The notes under the pieces were generated by a model that was given only the letters and a program-made list of their open reading frames with translations, ran no database searches and had not been told where the DNA came from. Positions 11,861 through 22,500 of a stretch of 64,000 bases of DNA are shown here, in pieces. A program made the translations under genes and the position numbers. The DNA comes from Lama glama (taxonomy: Eukaryota): NCBI GenBank assembly GCA_028534125.1, contig CM052816.1:101556001-101620000 (forward strand), read 5' to 3'. Within the stretch, counting starts at the first letter, position 1, and each line of letters opens with the position of its first letter.

Positions 11861-12779
11861 CCGGGTCAAGGTGGTGGGACTTTAGTTGGCCGGGCCCAGC
11901 TGGTTGGCAGGGGAGCCTTGCCAGGGGTCCAGGAGAGTGTTCCAGGGGGAGACTAGTTACAAAGTGACCCCTTTCCAGCCACTCGCCCCCATGTTCCCTC
12001 GTTCGGTCCTTCCTGCAACAGCAGCCTGTTTGCAGGTGGCAGCTGGGCCCGCGTGGGCCGGCCCTCTGCCATGGCCAGAGAACAAGCCTGCTGAGCTGGG
12101 AGGACCACAGCCCAGGCAAGGGTGGAGGCAGCGTGCCCTACATAGCCCTGCTCCCCTGGGCCCCGGGAGAAAGCCATTGTCCAGAGAGGCTCCTAATGCG
12201 CCAGGTCCCAGGGAGTTCCAAGCCAGGTGGGCAGGCGTCCAGTGCCCTGGACACACATGGGGGAAACGCAGGCCCTGCCCCTGCCCCTGCCCCACGCCCA
12301 GGTGACAGGTCTTTGTTTCAGTGATGAGCTGTGGGTCCCCACTGTGCAGACCCGCCCTGGCCTGAGGTCTGAGCCCTCGGCCCGGCCTCCCCCATTCCTG
12401 GGGCCCTGAAAATGTTGGACCCACAGGAGCCGAACAGCAGCACGACCGGTCCTGGGTGCCTCCAGCCTCCTGTCCACTTGGGCCGGGCAGCTTTCTGAAG
12501 CCACAGTCACAGCCCCATGTCACCCCACACAACTTGTGTCTTGTCACAGTGAGCTGAGCAGTCGCTGTACGACCTCTCAGGCACCCTGCCTTGTAATCTA
12601 ATGGCCCAAAACGTACTTCCTCGGGGTCGAGCCCAGGCTCCGGTCAGGGCTCAGGCCAGCACAGCATCCTGCCCCACAGTCTGGTGCCCCGGGAGGCCTC
12701 TCCTTGCGGGCGGGCGGTCCCTCCCCATGGTGGGAGCACGTGCAGGGGTCCTGTCCTCCCATCCTCCCATCCTCTGAAA

Positions 12780-13090
12780 CTCCTGTAGATGGTAATTATG
12801 CCCGCAGCAGGGCAGCTTAAACCGAGAAACGTATTGTCTCTCAGTTCTGGGCCCAGAGGCCCGAGGTCGAAGCGTGCCAGGACCTGGACCCCCTCGGCTG
12901 TAGCTGCTGGTGCTCTGCACCCTCGCAGGCCGCCCTCTGCGTGTGTCTGCATCCTGATGGTCTCTCCTTATAAGGACCCCTCCCCTGACGACCTCATCTT
13001 AACTTGATCATCTGCAGAGACCCCATTTTCAAGTAAAATCCTCACAGGCCCTGGGGATCAGGACTTCAGCATTTCTGGGGACACAGTCCG
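12780..13090 (-). mobile_element. ERVL-MaLR solo LTR (MLT1-type)
   Basis: GCTTAAACCGAGAAACGTATTGTCTCTCAGTTCTGG...CTTATAAGGAC...CCTCATCTTAACTTGATCATCTGCAGAGACCC is the reverse complement of the MLT1 consensus layout. Confidence 0.7.
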
Positions 13091-13467
13091 GCCCCAGCAG
13101 TGGGTGCTCGCGTGCTGGGCTGTGACCCACTGTCTGCACCTTCCTTGGACCGTAGCTTAGCCGAGTGGCCTTGTGGTCTTGGTGGTGGCCCCTCTCTCTG
13201 CGAACAGTCACTCCACGTTCTCACCAGCTCTCTGCCGATCTCGGAGCCATCCCCGCCCACGGGGACTGGCACCTTCTCCTGACAGCACTGGCCCCTGGTG
13301 GCGCCCAGTCTGCGCGGCCCCTCCTGCCTGTCCCAAGTGGTGTGTGCGGGATGGCGTCCCTGCGTGTTCCGAGCGCAGACTACCTGGGGGGTCGTGTTTT
13401 CCAGTCCAGTTTCCTGCCTGGCACCCGCCACTGGCCCAGCGGTGTCCCTTAGGCCCTGGCAGCTGCA

Positions 13468-13565
13468 CTGGGGTGCCCTTCTCTGGCCACTGTGGGGCAC
13501 CGGCGTCATTTGGTGCCCACAGGGCCAGGCGTGGTGACTGCTGGGCCCTGGGAAAGGCAGGGTCC
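13468..13565 (+). repeat. Local duplication, copy 2
   Basis: Direct-orientation copy of 11760-11860, about 1.7 kb downstream. Confidence 0.88.
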
Positions 13566-14579
13566 GTGGCCAGGGCAGCGGGACTTCAGGCAGCCCAGGG
13601 GAGCCAGGAAGGAACAGCGCGGCTGCCCCCTGCGTGCGGGAGGGAGGGCCTGGGGCGTGGTGGGGACGCTCAGGTGGGGAGGGGGCGCCGCTGTGATGAG
13701 ACGTGACTGGGGCAGCGGGAGCTCCGCCCGCTGGGCTCCCGCCCTCCCGCCGCGGGACCGGACGTGTGTCCTGGGCTGGCGCCCGGCGCTGTTTATTTAC
13801 TGAACGCAGATAGTTGCTAGGGGACCTCAGGACCGCCCAGGGCCGCTGCCTCGCGGTGGAAGTGAGACTGGGAACTCGGTTCTTTTTATTACTAACTTGA
13901 ACCTAAGACTCTCCTGAGATAAAATCACAGCCAAAAGTGAAAGCGGGCAACTGAGGGTGTGGCTCGCACCCTGTGGCACTCTCTACCCGGGGGCCCTGAC
14001 GGCCACTCGGTGCCTGGCCCATGGCAGGAGCGGCCAGGTCGTCTTGGGCAAATGCAGCCAATTGTCGCTCACCAACGCCTCTCCTGGGGTGACCTGGTGG
14101 GTCAGACGGGGGGCTGGTCTCCACTCACAGAGGTGGGTGTCACAGTGCCTGCAGGGGACACCCGATGTCCAGAGGCCGTGGCTGCTTCTCCCACAGTGTC
14201 CAGGCAGCACACTGCCCTGGGATCTCGGGGTCCCCCAGAAGCAGCGCCCTGAGAAACGCCTGCTCATGGCACCAGGAGGTGTCAGGGGCACAGGAAGCTG
14301 CCTGCTAGGTTCAGGTCAGGCACCCGGGCCCTCCGCGTGAGGGCTACTGTCCCCACATGCTCTCCCTGGTGCTGGCCTCGTGTGGAGCCGAGTGTGGACG
14401 TGCAAGTGGAGTGCTTGGGCCACACTTCAGCCGCCCACCTGCTGCCCTCCTGTGCGTCCACCTCCGGCCCCTGTCTGCCAGCATCTGACGGGGACAGCTC
14501 CCCTCTAGCTTCCCAGAGGAAGGGGCTGCACCTGGGCTTCCTGCCGCATCTCCTTGTCCCAGCTGCCATCCGCGCTCCT

Positions 14580-14593
14580 GTTGCCCTGGTAAC
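14580..14593. promoter_or_regulatory. RFX X-box motif GTTGCCCTGGTAAC
   Basis: Matches the GTNRCC-N2-RGYAAC consensus. Motif match only. Confidence 0.4.
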
Positions 14594-15640
14594 CACACAA
14601 ATAGTGCTGCGCGTCAGAGGAAGCTCCGGGAGTGGGTTCAGGGGACCAGCATGCTGGGGTGGAGTTGGGGTCACCCGCTATGATAGTGCAGCCTAGCCAC
14701 TGACCTCCTGCCCATGGCCCCGCCCCCTGGACAGGAGCACAGCTCAGTCTGCTCGTCAGCAGAGGCCCAGGCTGTACCCACAGCCCCTCCTGCAGGGTCC
14801 TGCAGCCACGGGAGGAGCCTCCGTGTCACCACATCCTTGGTGGCACTGAGGGATCCGGCCAGTCCTGTCCCCTGTGGGCTCCCCCGGGCCTGGCTGGTTG
14901 TCACCCATCTCTCCATCCCTCTTTACACATCCTGCTGGCTGTGTGACTGCCCACCCTTGGCCTGGGCACCAGCCTCCCTTCTGGCCCCTGGCCCCCAGCT
15001 CCCGCTCGCCCTCATGGTGGTCTCTGTGTCCCCAGCCAGGCCCGGCCGGGCCCTGTCACTTCTGCACCCGCAGCTTTGGCCAAACCAGCTCCCCCTGAGT
15101 CTCGCTGTGCACTGTGGCTGTGTCCTACTGGCCTTGCCCAGGCAGCACCACGCCTGTGAACACAAGCCCTGAGCCCCTGGGCAGCTCTGCAAGGCTGAGC
15201 GTCGCAGGCGAGGCTGGCAGACTCTGGACCCAGGGAGGACACAGCCTAGGAAGGGCCGCCCTGCTCAGAGCCTGCACTGCCCGTGGGCCTCTGTACAGCC
15301 CCCTGGGGCCTGAGCCCACACAGCTTTGCACCCACTCCCCAATACAGAGGACACCTCGCAGGCGACGGGGGAGCATTTCCCCGCCACACCCAGGCCGCCC
15401 TCGCAGGAGCCGGGCCTGTAAACCCTGAACCCTCCTGGCTCAAAATTCATCCTGGGAAGCAGGGCAGGGCTGACAGCGAGGCCAGGCTGGCGCTTCCGCC
15501 CCTTCTGTTTGGTTTCCATGGGGACAGTGTGTTGGTCCCTGGAGAGGAGGTGGAGCGGGTGGGGTCTGAGGGCTTGATTTTACCCTGGGAGCCCTGGAGG
15601 GAGGGGGAGCTGGAGAGAGCCTGAGGGTCCTGGGGTGGGG

Positions 15641-15683
15641 GAGAGACAGAGACAGAGAGACAGAGACAGAAGCAGAGACAGAG
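15641..15683. repeat. (GAGACA)n purine-rich simple repeat
   Basis: GAGAGACAGAGACAGAGAGACAGAGACAGAAGCAGAGACAGAG. Confidence 0.75.
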
Positions 15684-16057
15684 CTCGCACCCACTTGCCA
15701 CGAGGCTCACGGGTGGGAGTCTGCACCCTCCCTCCCTCTGTCCCTCCTCCTTTTCTTGATGACACATGTGGTCAGTGTGGCCCCTCTGCCCCAAGTATCC
15801 CCCCACCTCCGATGCCCATGGCACACGCTGGCCTCTCCCGCTGCCTCAGTGAAGTGCGGGCGAGCCACAGCCTCCAGGGTGCCCTGCTTTGTCCCTTGAG
15901 AGAGAAGGATTTGGGCTGGGTCTGCTGGCCGCAGAGGTGCAGGAGGCGTGTCCTCAGCCCCTGCCGCTGGCCAGGCTCCGGTGGCTCCCGGTGGCTGGGG
16001 GGCCCGACGCCGGGCCTCCCCACGCAGGCCCTGGTGGGGTGCTGACCAGGCCGAGTC

Positions 16058-16067
16058 TTTCCTTGAC
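16058..16067 (+). other. U12-type branch point TTTCCTTGAC
   Basis: Matches TTCCTTRAC. The branch A (16066) is 14 nt upstream of the CAG acceptor at 16080. Confidence 0.85.
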
Positions 16068-16080
16068 GCACCTTCCGCAG

Positions 16081-16259
16081 GTGACTGGTGGACTTTTCTT
16101 GTTCCACTTCTTGGTCCACGTGATTGCGGTTTCCATCGATCCGGCTGATACCAACGTCCGCATGAAAAAGAACTACGCAGAGCCTGTGCCGACCTTCGAC
16201 CGGTCCAAATACCTGCATGTGATCCAGAACCGTTATTGCCATCTGTGCGAGGTCACCGT
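16081..16259 (+). CDS. ZDHHC11: ZDHHC11 coding exon 2
   Basis: 179 nt encoding [59 protein letters not shown](V). Donor GT|GTGAGT. Confidence 0.95.
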
Positions 16260-16536
16260 GTGAGTCCCGCGCGGGGCCCCCGGATCCAGGGCAGGAGAGC
16301 CCGCTGCCTTGGGTCTCTCAGATGAGCCCCTGCCCCCACCCAGGTCACAGCCCGGGCTGGTCAGGGCCCGGGGACCTCGTGGGTGGTGGGAGGGATCTGA
16401 CTGCAGCCTCAGCCTCAGCCCCGGGTGCCACATGGCAGGCGCACATGGGGAGGCGTCGCCGCTGCGGGCAGATGGGGACTCCGGCATCCCCACCGCACAG
16501 CCTGCTGACAGGTTCCCCCCTAACGCTTCCTTCCAG

Positions 16537-16638
16537 GAGCGCAAAAGCCAAACACTGCAGCTCCTGCAACAAGTGTGTCGAGGGCTTCGACCACCACTGC
16601 AAGTGGCTAAACAACTGCGTAGGGACCAGGAATTACTG
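16537..16638 (+). CDS. ZDHHC11: ZDHHC11 coding exon 3 (DHHC catalytic motif)
   Basis: 102 nt encoding [33 protein letters not shown](W). DHHC codons are at 16589-16600. Acceptor TTCCTTCCAG, donor TG|GTGAGG. Confidence 0.97.
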
Positions 16639-17869
16639 GTGAGGGCAGGGCCGGGCCCTCTCGTCCTCCCCAGAGGAGGAAGCCCAGGACGGCAGGGCTG
16701 GGGGGAGCTCCGGCCTCACTCTGGCTGGGTCCCTCCTCCCCCAGGGTGGGCTTCCTTGCTGGCTGCTCACCTGGAGGTCTGGCTGCCCTCGGGGGACAGG
16801 GGAGGGGTGTGGCTCTGACCATGAAGAGGACCAGGTAGGCCAGGCTCCGAGGGGGCCCACAGGAGGTTCCGACAGGGGCTCCAAACACAGAGCAGGCGGA
16901 GCCAGGAAGCCTCGTGGACAGGGCGTGGGTCCCTGGGCAGAGTCAGCTGGATGGGCCAGGGCCAGGGCCTGGCCTACAGCAAGGGTCACCCAGGGGGACG
17001 AGAGGCCCCAGGTATCTTCCTTCTGAGCCGGTGGGGTGTGCACCTGCCCCTGGACAGCATTCACGGCTGAGCCCCCACGTAAAGACAGGAAAGAGTGAGG
17101 AACCAACTAGATTTCAGGTGAGCAAGAGACTTGTTCAGCACTGAGGCGCTCAGGGCGAGGGGCAGACAGACTGGAAGAAGGCGTCTTAGAGCTCCTTCTG
17201 GGTGCTGCTGCCCGGAGTTTACGTTTTCGATGAACAGACCATTCTCTGTGTCTTTGTGCAGGAGACGTGTTCGGGTCTAATAGCGAAGCTCAAGGCCCTT
17301 GCGGGTGTGTGGTCCCCAGGCACAAAGTGGCCCAGTTCCCGAGCGCTGAGGTCAGCACACCGGCTTCTGCGCCTGTGGGCCTGTGCCCTCCCCACAGGGT
17401 GGCCCGCACGCCCACCACGTGGCCACGTGCGGATTCTGTTCACCAGTCCCGGCTCCAGGCTGAGGGCCACAGGGCTCATCTGCCATGATTCCAGAGCTCG
17501 GTGGGCCCAGCGACTGGTGGCCAGGAGGGAGCCCCACAGGGGCTGGGCCGGGTTGAGCTGAACGCGGTCCTGCTTGGACGGTCACACTGTCTCTGAGCCT
17601 CAGTTTCCCTGCTGTGAACTGGGTGGTCACCCTCCTCCAGCCTCCTGTGGACTGAGTGAGAGGTCACGTGCAAACTGCGCGGCAGGCGGGGCCGCGCGGC
17701 TCAAGGGTCGGGGGGTCACCTCTAGAGCTGAAGAGAAAAGCCCAGAGGAAAGAGTGAGGGGAGGAAGATCTGAGGGTCAGGTGTGGGCTTGGTGGGGCCG
17801 CCGGCCGCATCCGTGCACACGCCAGCTGGCCGTCTCCCGGCGCTGAGCCCGGCTCTGCCTCTCCCGCAG

Positions 17870-17994
17870 GTTCTTCTTCAGCTCCGTGGCCTCGGCCTTC
17901 GTGGGCATGCTCTGTGTAGCGGGCATCTTGCTGTACATCTTCATCCAGTACGTAGTCAACCCGGTGGAGCTGCGCGCGGACCAACACTACCGAA
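17870..17994 (+). CDS. ZDHHC11: ZDHHC11 coding exon 4
   Basis: 125 nt encoding FFFSSVASAFVGMLCVAGILLYIFIQYVVNPVELRADQHYR (transmembrane segment). Donor A|GTACGT; phases are consistent. Confidence 0.93.
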
Positions 17995-18494
17995 GTACGT
18001 GCTCCTGTAGCCCCGCCGCATTCCCAGTGAAATCTTCCTCCCAGGGGAGGTCAGCCTGGCTTGCCCCAGGCTGGGTGAGTAGGTGGGGTGGGCACTGCAG
18101 CCTGGCGCCCCCACCCCGGCCAAGGGCAGCAGGCCAGGATCCACCCTCCAGCCCAGCAGGTTCCCAAGCCCCCAGGGGGCAAGTTTGGGACCCAAGGACA
18201 CTGGTGTGGTGGCTCCAGGCTGTGCTTCCAGTAGCATCAGGCACCCAGAGTGGGGTCTGCACCCCATGACCGCCATGGAGGGAGGCGGGGCCTGCAAGCT
18301 CTGAGGAGCTCAACGCAGCTCCCAGCCCTGTGTGACGGGCCACCCGCCCTGAGCCGGCCGTCACCTGGGCGGGGAGGCACTCCCTAGGCTGGCATTGCCT
18401 CCCCCACTGCCAAGTTCTGTCGCAGGTGCCACCTGGGGAGTGGGGCTGTGGGTCAGCAGGTGCTGGAGGCGCGACCACCCTGTGTCCCCATCAG

Positions 18495-18650
18495 GCATCT
18501 CCAACGAGCACACGTGGGTGCTGTTCCTCCCACTGTTCCCGACAAGGACGAAGACGCCGGTGGTGCTGACCTTAGGGGCGTCCGTGCTGCTGCTGAACGC
18601 TGCCAACCTCCTGCTGCTGGGGCATCTGCTCTTCTTCCACCTCTACCTGA
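18495..18650 (+). CDS. ZDHHC11: ZDHHC11 coding exon 5
   Basis: 156 nt encoding (S)ISNEHTWVLFLPLFPTRTKTPVVLTLGASVLLLNAANLLLLGHLLFFHLYL. Phase 1 at both ends. Confidence 0.93.
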
Positions 18651-20253
18651 GTACGCGCCCCCGTGCGCCCACCCCTACAGGCCTTTCCCGTCGTGCTCAC
18701 GCGTGTCCCGGGGCAGGCAGTCCCTCGGTCAGTCTCCACCAGAAGCCAGCTCAAAGCACAAAGGACAAATTACAGGAAGAGGAGAGACCCCGAGAGGGGC
18801 AGCAGGGCTAACCTGGTCCGAGGAGACCTGAAAGGTGGTCGAGCGAGATGTTATCCACTAACCGAGCTGCTGAGGGGAGGGCAGTTTCCTAGCATCCCTG
18901 CGGCGCTGCGTGTGGCAGGACCTCCCCCCGCCCTGGGAAGCGGTCCCTGGAAGAGAGGCTCGCAGGAGAAGGGCGGGGGCCCACTGTGACTGTGGGAGCC
19001 GGGCCGGCCGCACGCCCCCGGCTGAGCCAGAGAAGGGCACAGCACCAGCACTGGGCGCCCCAGGCTGCAGGCAAGGCTCTCCTCACTGCGCAGCTGGCAG
19101 GGGCTATAGGCAGTTTGCGGACAGAATCCCCGACCACCAGAGGCTGGGGCAGCCACTGGGGACGACATGGGGAGTCGGCAAGGATGAGAGGGGAGCCCGG
19201 AGAACCAAATCCTCCGGACTCAGTGCCGCTGGAGATGGAGGGACAGGAACCTCCAAGAGGGCAGGTGTGCGCCCTCACTGATTGAGGGGCCCAGGAGGCC
19301 CTCGGGACGGGATACACTGTGTTCAGGACTGAAGGGGCGATTTTAGGGTCTTTGAACATCAAAGAGTAGATTTGCAGGAGAAAGTCGGGCTGTTAGTTAT
19401 GGTCAGTTATAGTTAAATTACCCTAAAAGGCAGCTCCTTTAAAACACGCATCCATGACCCTCAGTTTCTGTGGTCTGGAGTCCAGCAGAGCTTAGCTGTC
19501 CCCCAGCCCTGGGTCTGACCCGAGGCCTCGGTCAGGACGACCCTTCCTGCTCACCCCTGGCTGCTGGCCAGGCTAGCTCCCCAGGAGCTGTTGGCCAGTG
19601 GCCTCCCTTGTCCTGTGTGTGGACACCCCACACCGGAGTGGCTCAGGCCAGGGCACGGCGAGAAAAGAGCACGGCGGGGCCAGGACCACGTGGATGGGAG
19701 CACCCCGAGGCAGGGCTGCTGAGACAGCAGTGGGGTCAGACTGTGACGCTTGGCAAGGGATGTTGTGACAAGTCCTCAGCACTGAGTGTGCGTGAGACCC
19801 TTGGTGAGGACGCAGAGAGAGCTGGCGATGGTTGGAGGAAACCCCGAATCACGGGACGAACAGGAGAGAAAACGCCTTGAAGGGTGTGGGGGGAGTCAGG
19901 GACCCCCAGCTGCCAGCTGCCTGGGCACCTGCCACCTGGGAAGACCAGGCGACTTTCACTCAGTGTCCCCGGCCCCGGCCCCTGGCCCGTGGGGTGCTGA
20001 GTTCTGTGTCCGCAAATCATTTCTGACTCCCATCGGGTTACGAAGTGTTACAGGAAACTCGCTCGGAAGAGGGTGAGCTCTGGGCGTGCTGACACCTGAT
20101 TCTGATGGCATTTGTGCAAACTTGGGCAAAAGAGTGAGCAAATGTCCACTCGTCACTGGAATATAAACAAGTGTGAGTTTACATCCTCAAACAGGGACTG
20201 ACAGGGACGGAAGACTGGGGCGGGGGAGGCATCAAGAGAGAGGAGTCAAGCCA

Positions 20254-20285
20254 AACAAAACCAAAACCAAAACCAAAACAGAACA
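20254..20285. repeat. (AAAACC)n simple repeat
   Basis: AACAAAACCAAAACCAAAACCAAAACAGAACA. Confidence 0.6.
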
Positions 20286-20788
20286 AAGCCTTGCGGAAGC
20301 CCCGGGGGAGGGGGGGCGGCCGAGCGGGCTCCGAGCCCAGCGCGCGCCCGGTGGGGCGGCAGCCTCCGTGGTCCGCGGGCTGTGGGGGCCGCAGCCCCGC
20401 TGCTCCTCCGGCTGTGAGAAGGCTTCTGTGGGCAGCCCCTTCGCTTCCCAGGAATAATTGGAAACCATCTGTTCTCACGTCTGTCAGTTTTTAGAGAAAG
20501 AGAGATGGAAAATTTGGCCCCTCTATGAAGGCACGGGGCTGAAGCAGGCCCAGAACCCTTTCTAGCACCAGGGTTTCTACTGACAGATGTGTTTGACGTT
20601 CACTGTTAGTGACCTGAGCACTTCTGCCCTGGCCAGAGCCAGCTGGGCACAGCACTCACCACATGTGCACGGTGTGGGTAGCGGGTGCAGGGGACTCTCC
20701 CCAGCGGGGCTGAGCGGGGCCCCGGGCACAGGTGGGCCAGTGTGCGTGGACGGATGGTCACCCTGCCCTGCTGCTCTCTCCCTTCCAG

Positions 20789-20895
20789 TGAGCAAGAAGT
20801 TGAGCACATATGATTACGTTATCTGGGGCCGTCAACAGCGCAATTTGGCTGCATCGCAGACAAGAGACAAGGCCTCACAGGTGGGATTGCTACAG
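20789..20895 (+). CDS. ZDHHC11: ZDHHC11 coding exon 6
   Basis: Encodes (M)SKKLSTYDYVIWGRQQRNLAASQTRDKASQVGLLQ; STYD is the TTxE-equivalent motif. Donor CAG|GTACCA, with an alternative in-frame donor CAG|GTGGGA at 20880/20881. Confidence 0.88.
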
Positions 20896-21149
20896 GTACC
20901 ACCATCTGTCCTTCCCCACCCGGGCTCACGCGGGCAGGAGGCCCAGGTCACCTGGCAGCCAGCACCTCTTCACTGCAGTGCTTGTTCCTGTGTCGGCTTG
21001 TGCACGTGTATGTGGCTGTGTGTGTGCGTGTGTGGTGTGTATGCGTGTATGTTTGGCGTCTCGTGTGCACGTGTGTGTTGTCATTTCCACACTCACTCAC
21101 CACAGGATCAAAGCACAGGGCTCACCTCTTGCAGGCCCCCCATTTCTGC

Positions 21150-21660
21150 AGCTGATCTGCATCAAAATGAAAAGCATTTACTCTTCAAAGGTCACCACTA
21201 AGAAAGTGACAATATAAGCCAGAGACAGAAATTATTTGCAAGTCATATACTTGCATCCGGAATATGTATACAACTTTCAAAACTAAGTCACAAGAAAAAT
21301 GGCCAGTTTTTTTTAAAAAGGGCAAAAGACTTGAACAAGCCGTTCACCCAGGAGGATCTGTGGGTGGCAGATAAGGTCAGGAAAAGACAGTCAACATCAT
21401 TCAATGCTAAGGAAACAAATTAAAAGGGCAATGAGACACCACCACACACCCATCAGCGTGGCCGGAACCAGAGACCCACATTGCTGGTGGGGATGTAAAA
21501 TTGCCCCGCTCTGCACAGAAGTTTGGCATTTTCTAAAAAGGGGAATTCAAATTTCTCATGTGACCCAGCCAGCCCGCTCCCTGTTCCTATCAAAGTGAAG
21601 ACACGTCTGCATGTTACAGGGGTTGAGAGGAGAGCTGCCTGCGGTGAGATCCTGTCCCAG
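21150..21660 (+). mobile_element. LINE-1 ORF2 3'-end fragment, sense
   Basis: ATTTGCAAGTCATATA, AAAGGGCAAAAGACTTGAAC and AATGAGACACCACCACACACCC are typical L1 ORF2 C-terminal phrases. Confidence 0.7.
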
Positions 21661-21782
21661 GACCCAGGAGAGTCTGAGGTTCCATTGCTCAAAATCAACT
21701 AAAATTAACTTGAATTTTGAAAGAAGAAGCTCAGTGTCTACCACTTGTTTTTCACTTTATGAATTTCCATTTATTCCCACAG

Positions 21783-21817
21783 AAGGCACGTAACAGCCTG
21801 AGTTCATCTGTACGTGG
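21783..21817 (+). CDS. ZDHHC11: ZDHHC11 coding exon 7 (35-nt micro-exon)
   Basis: ATTTATTCCCACAG|AAGGCACGT...CGTGG|GTAAGT, encoding KARNSLSSSVR(G). Phase 0 to 2, which is exactly what bridges exons 6 and 8. Human exon 7 is also 35 nt (recalled). Confidence 0.82.
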
Positions 21818-21887
21818 GTAAGTCATAATCATACTAGTTTTGTGTCTGAAAAATAGCTATTTCTCTTCTTAACTGGCTTGCTTTAAA

Positions 21888-21981
21888 TTTTGTTGTTATT
21901 GTTAATGGAAGTACTGGGGGTTGAACTAGGGCCTCATGCACACGAAGCATGTGCTTTGCCACTGAGCTGTATACCCCTCCC
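21888..21981 (-). mobile_element. tRNA-derived SINE, camelid Vic-1-like
   Basis: The reverse complement GGGAGGGGTATACAGCTCAGTGGCAAAGCAC...GGCCCTAGTTCAACCCCCAGTACTTCCATTAACAATAACAACAAAA has A-box and B-box remnants and an A-rich tail. Flanking CTGGCTTGC(T/C)TTA direct repeats resemble a TSD. Confidence 0.8.
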
Positions 21982-22049
21982 ACCCCTTAGCTGGCTTGCC
22001 TTAGAAAGTCTTTCTTGCTCCAAGGACTACCCTCCACATTCTTTGCTAG

Positions 22050-22500
22050 TATTTTCATAATTTTTATTTGCTTTCTCTACATTTTGGCTTTCAAGTCATC
22101 TTGAACTTAATTTCGTATTCACTGAGATAGGGGCCAAGGGGTTTTATTACAGCATGACTATTGGTTGCACCTCATTGAAGAAATGATACCCCTGTTCTCA
22201 TCAAACTGCAAGGCCCTCTTTCTGATACCCCGAGTTTCCGTGGGCTCTGGGCTCAGACCCGCTGTGGACGTGTGGGTCTGCCCCGCTGCCGCGGGTCCTC
22301 CGGGAACGCCCTGGTGCTCCGGCGGGACTTCTTTTAGCTGCCTCTTTTTATCTAGCAGTTGAGAGCCCCCTTAAGACTCTTGTTTTTCATTACATTTGAC
22401 AAATCTTTCACATGTTTGTTTTATCATATAAGCTTGAAAGTCATTTTGCGCAGTTTCAAGAAACCTGGAATTTGAGCTGGAGTTACATCAGGTGCTCAAC
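22050..22500 (-). mobile_element. Old L1 fragment, antisense
   Basis: AT-rich degraded antisense ORF2 phrases. Boundaries approximate. Confidence 0.5.

Noticed and set aside
21888-21981. tRNA-like A/B boxes (also at 46101-46203 and 46801-46945)
   Set aside because: Degenerate, cannot form a full cloverleaf, and carry A-rich tails or TSDs. These are SINEs, not tRNA genes.
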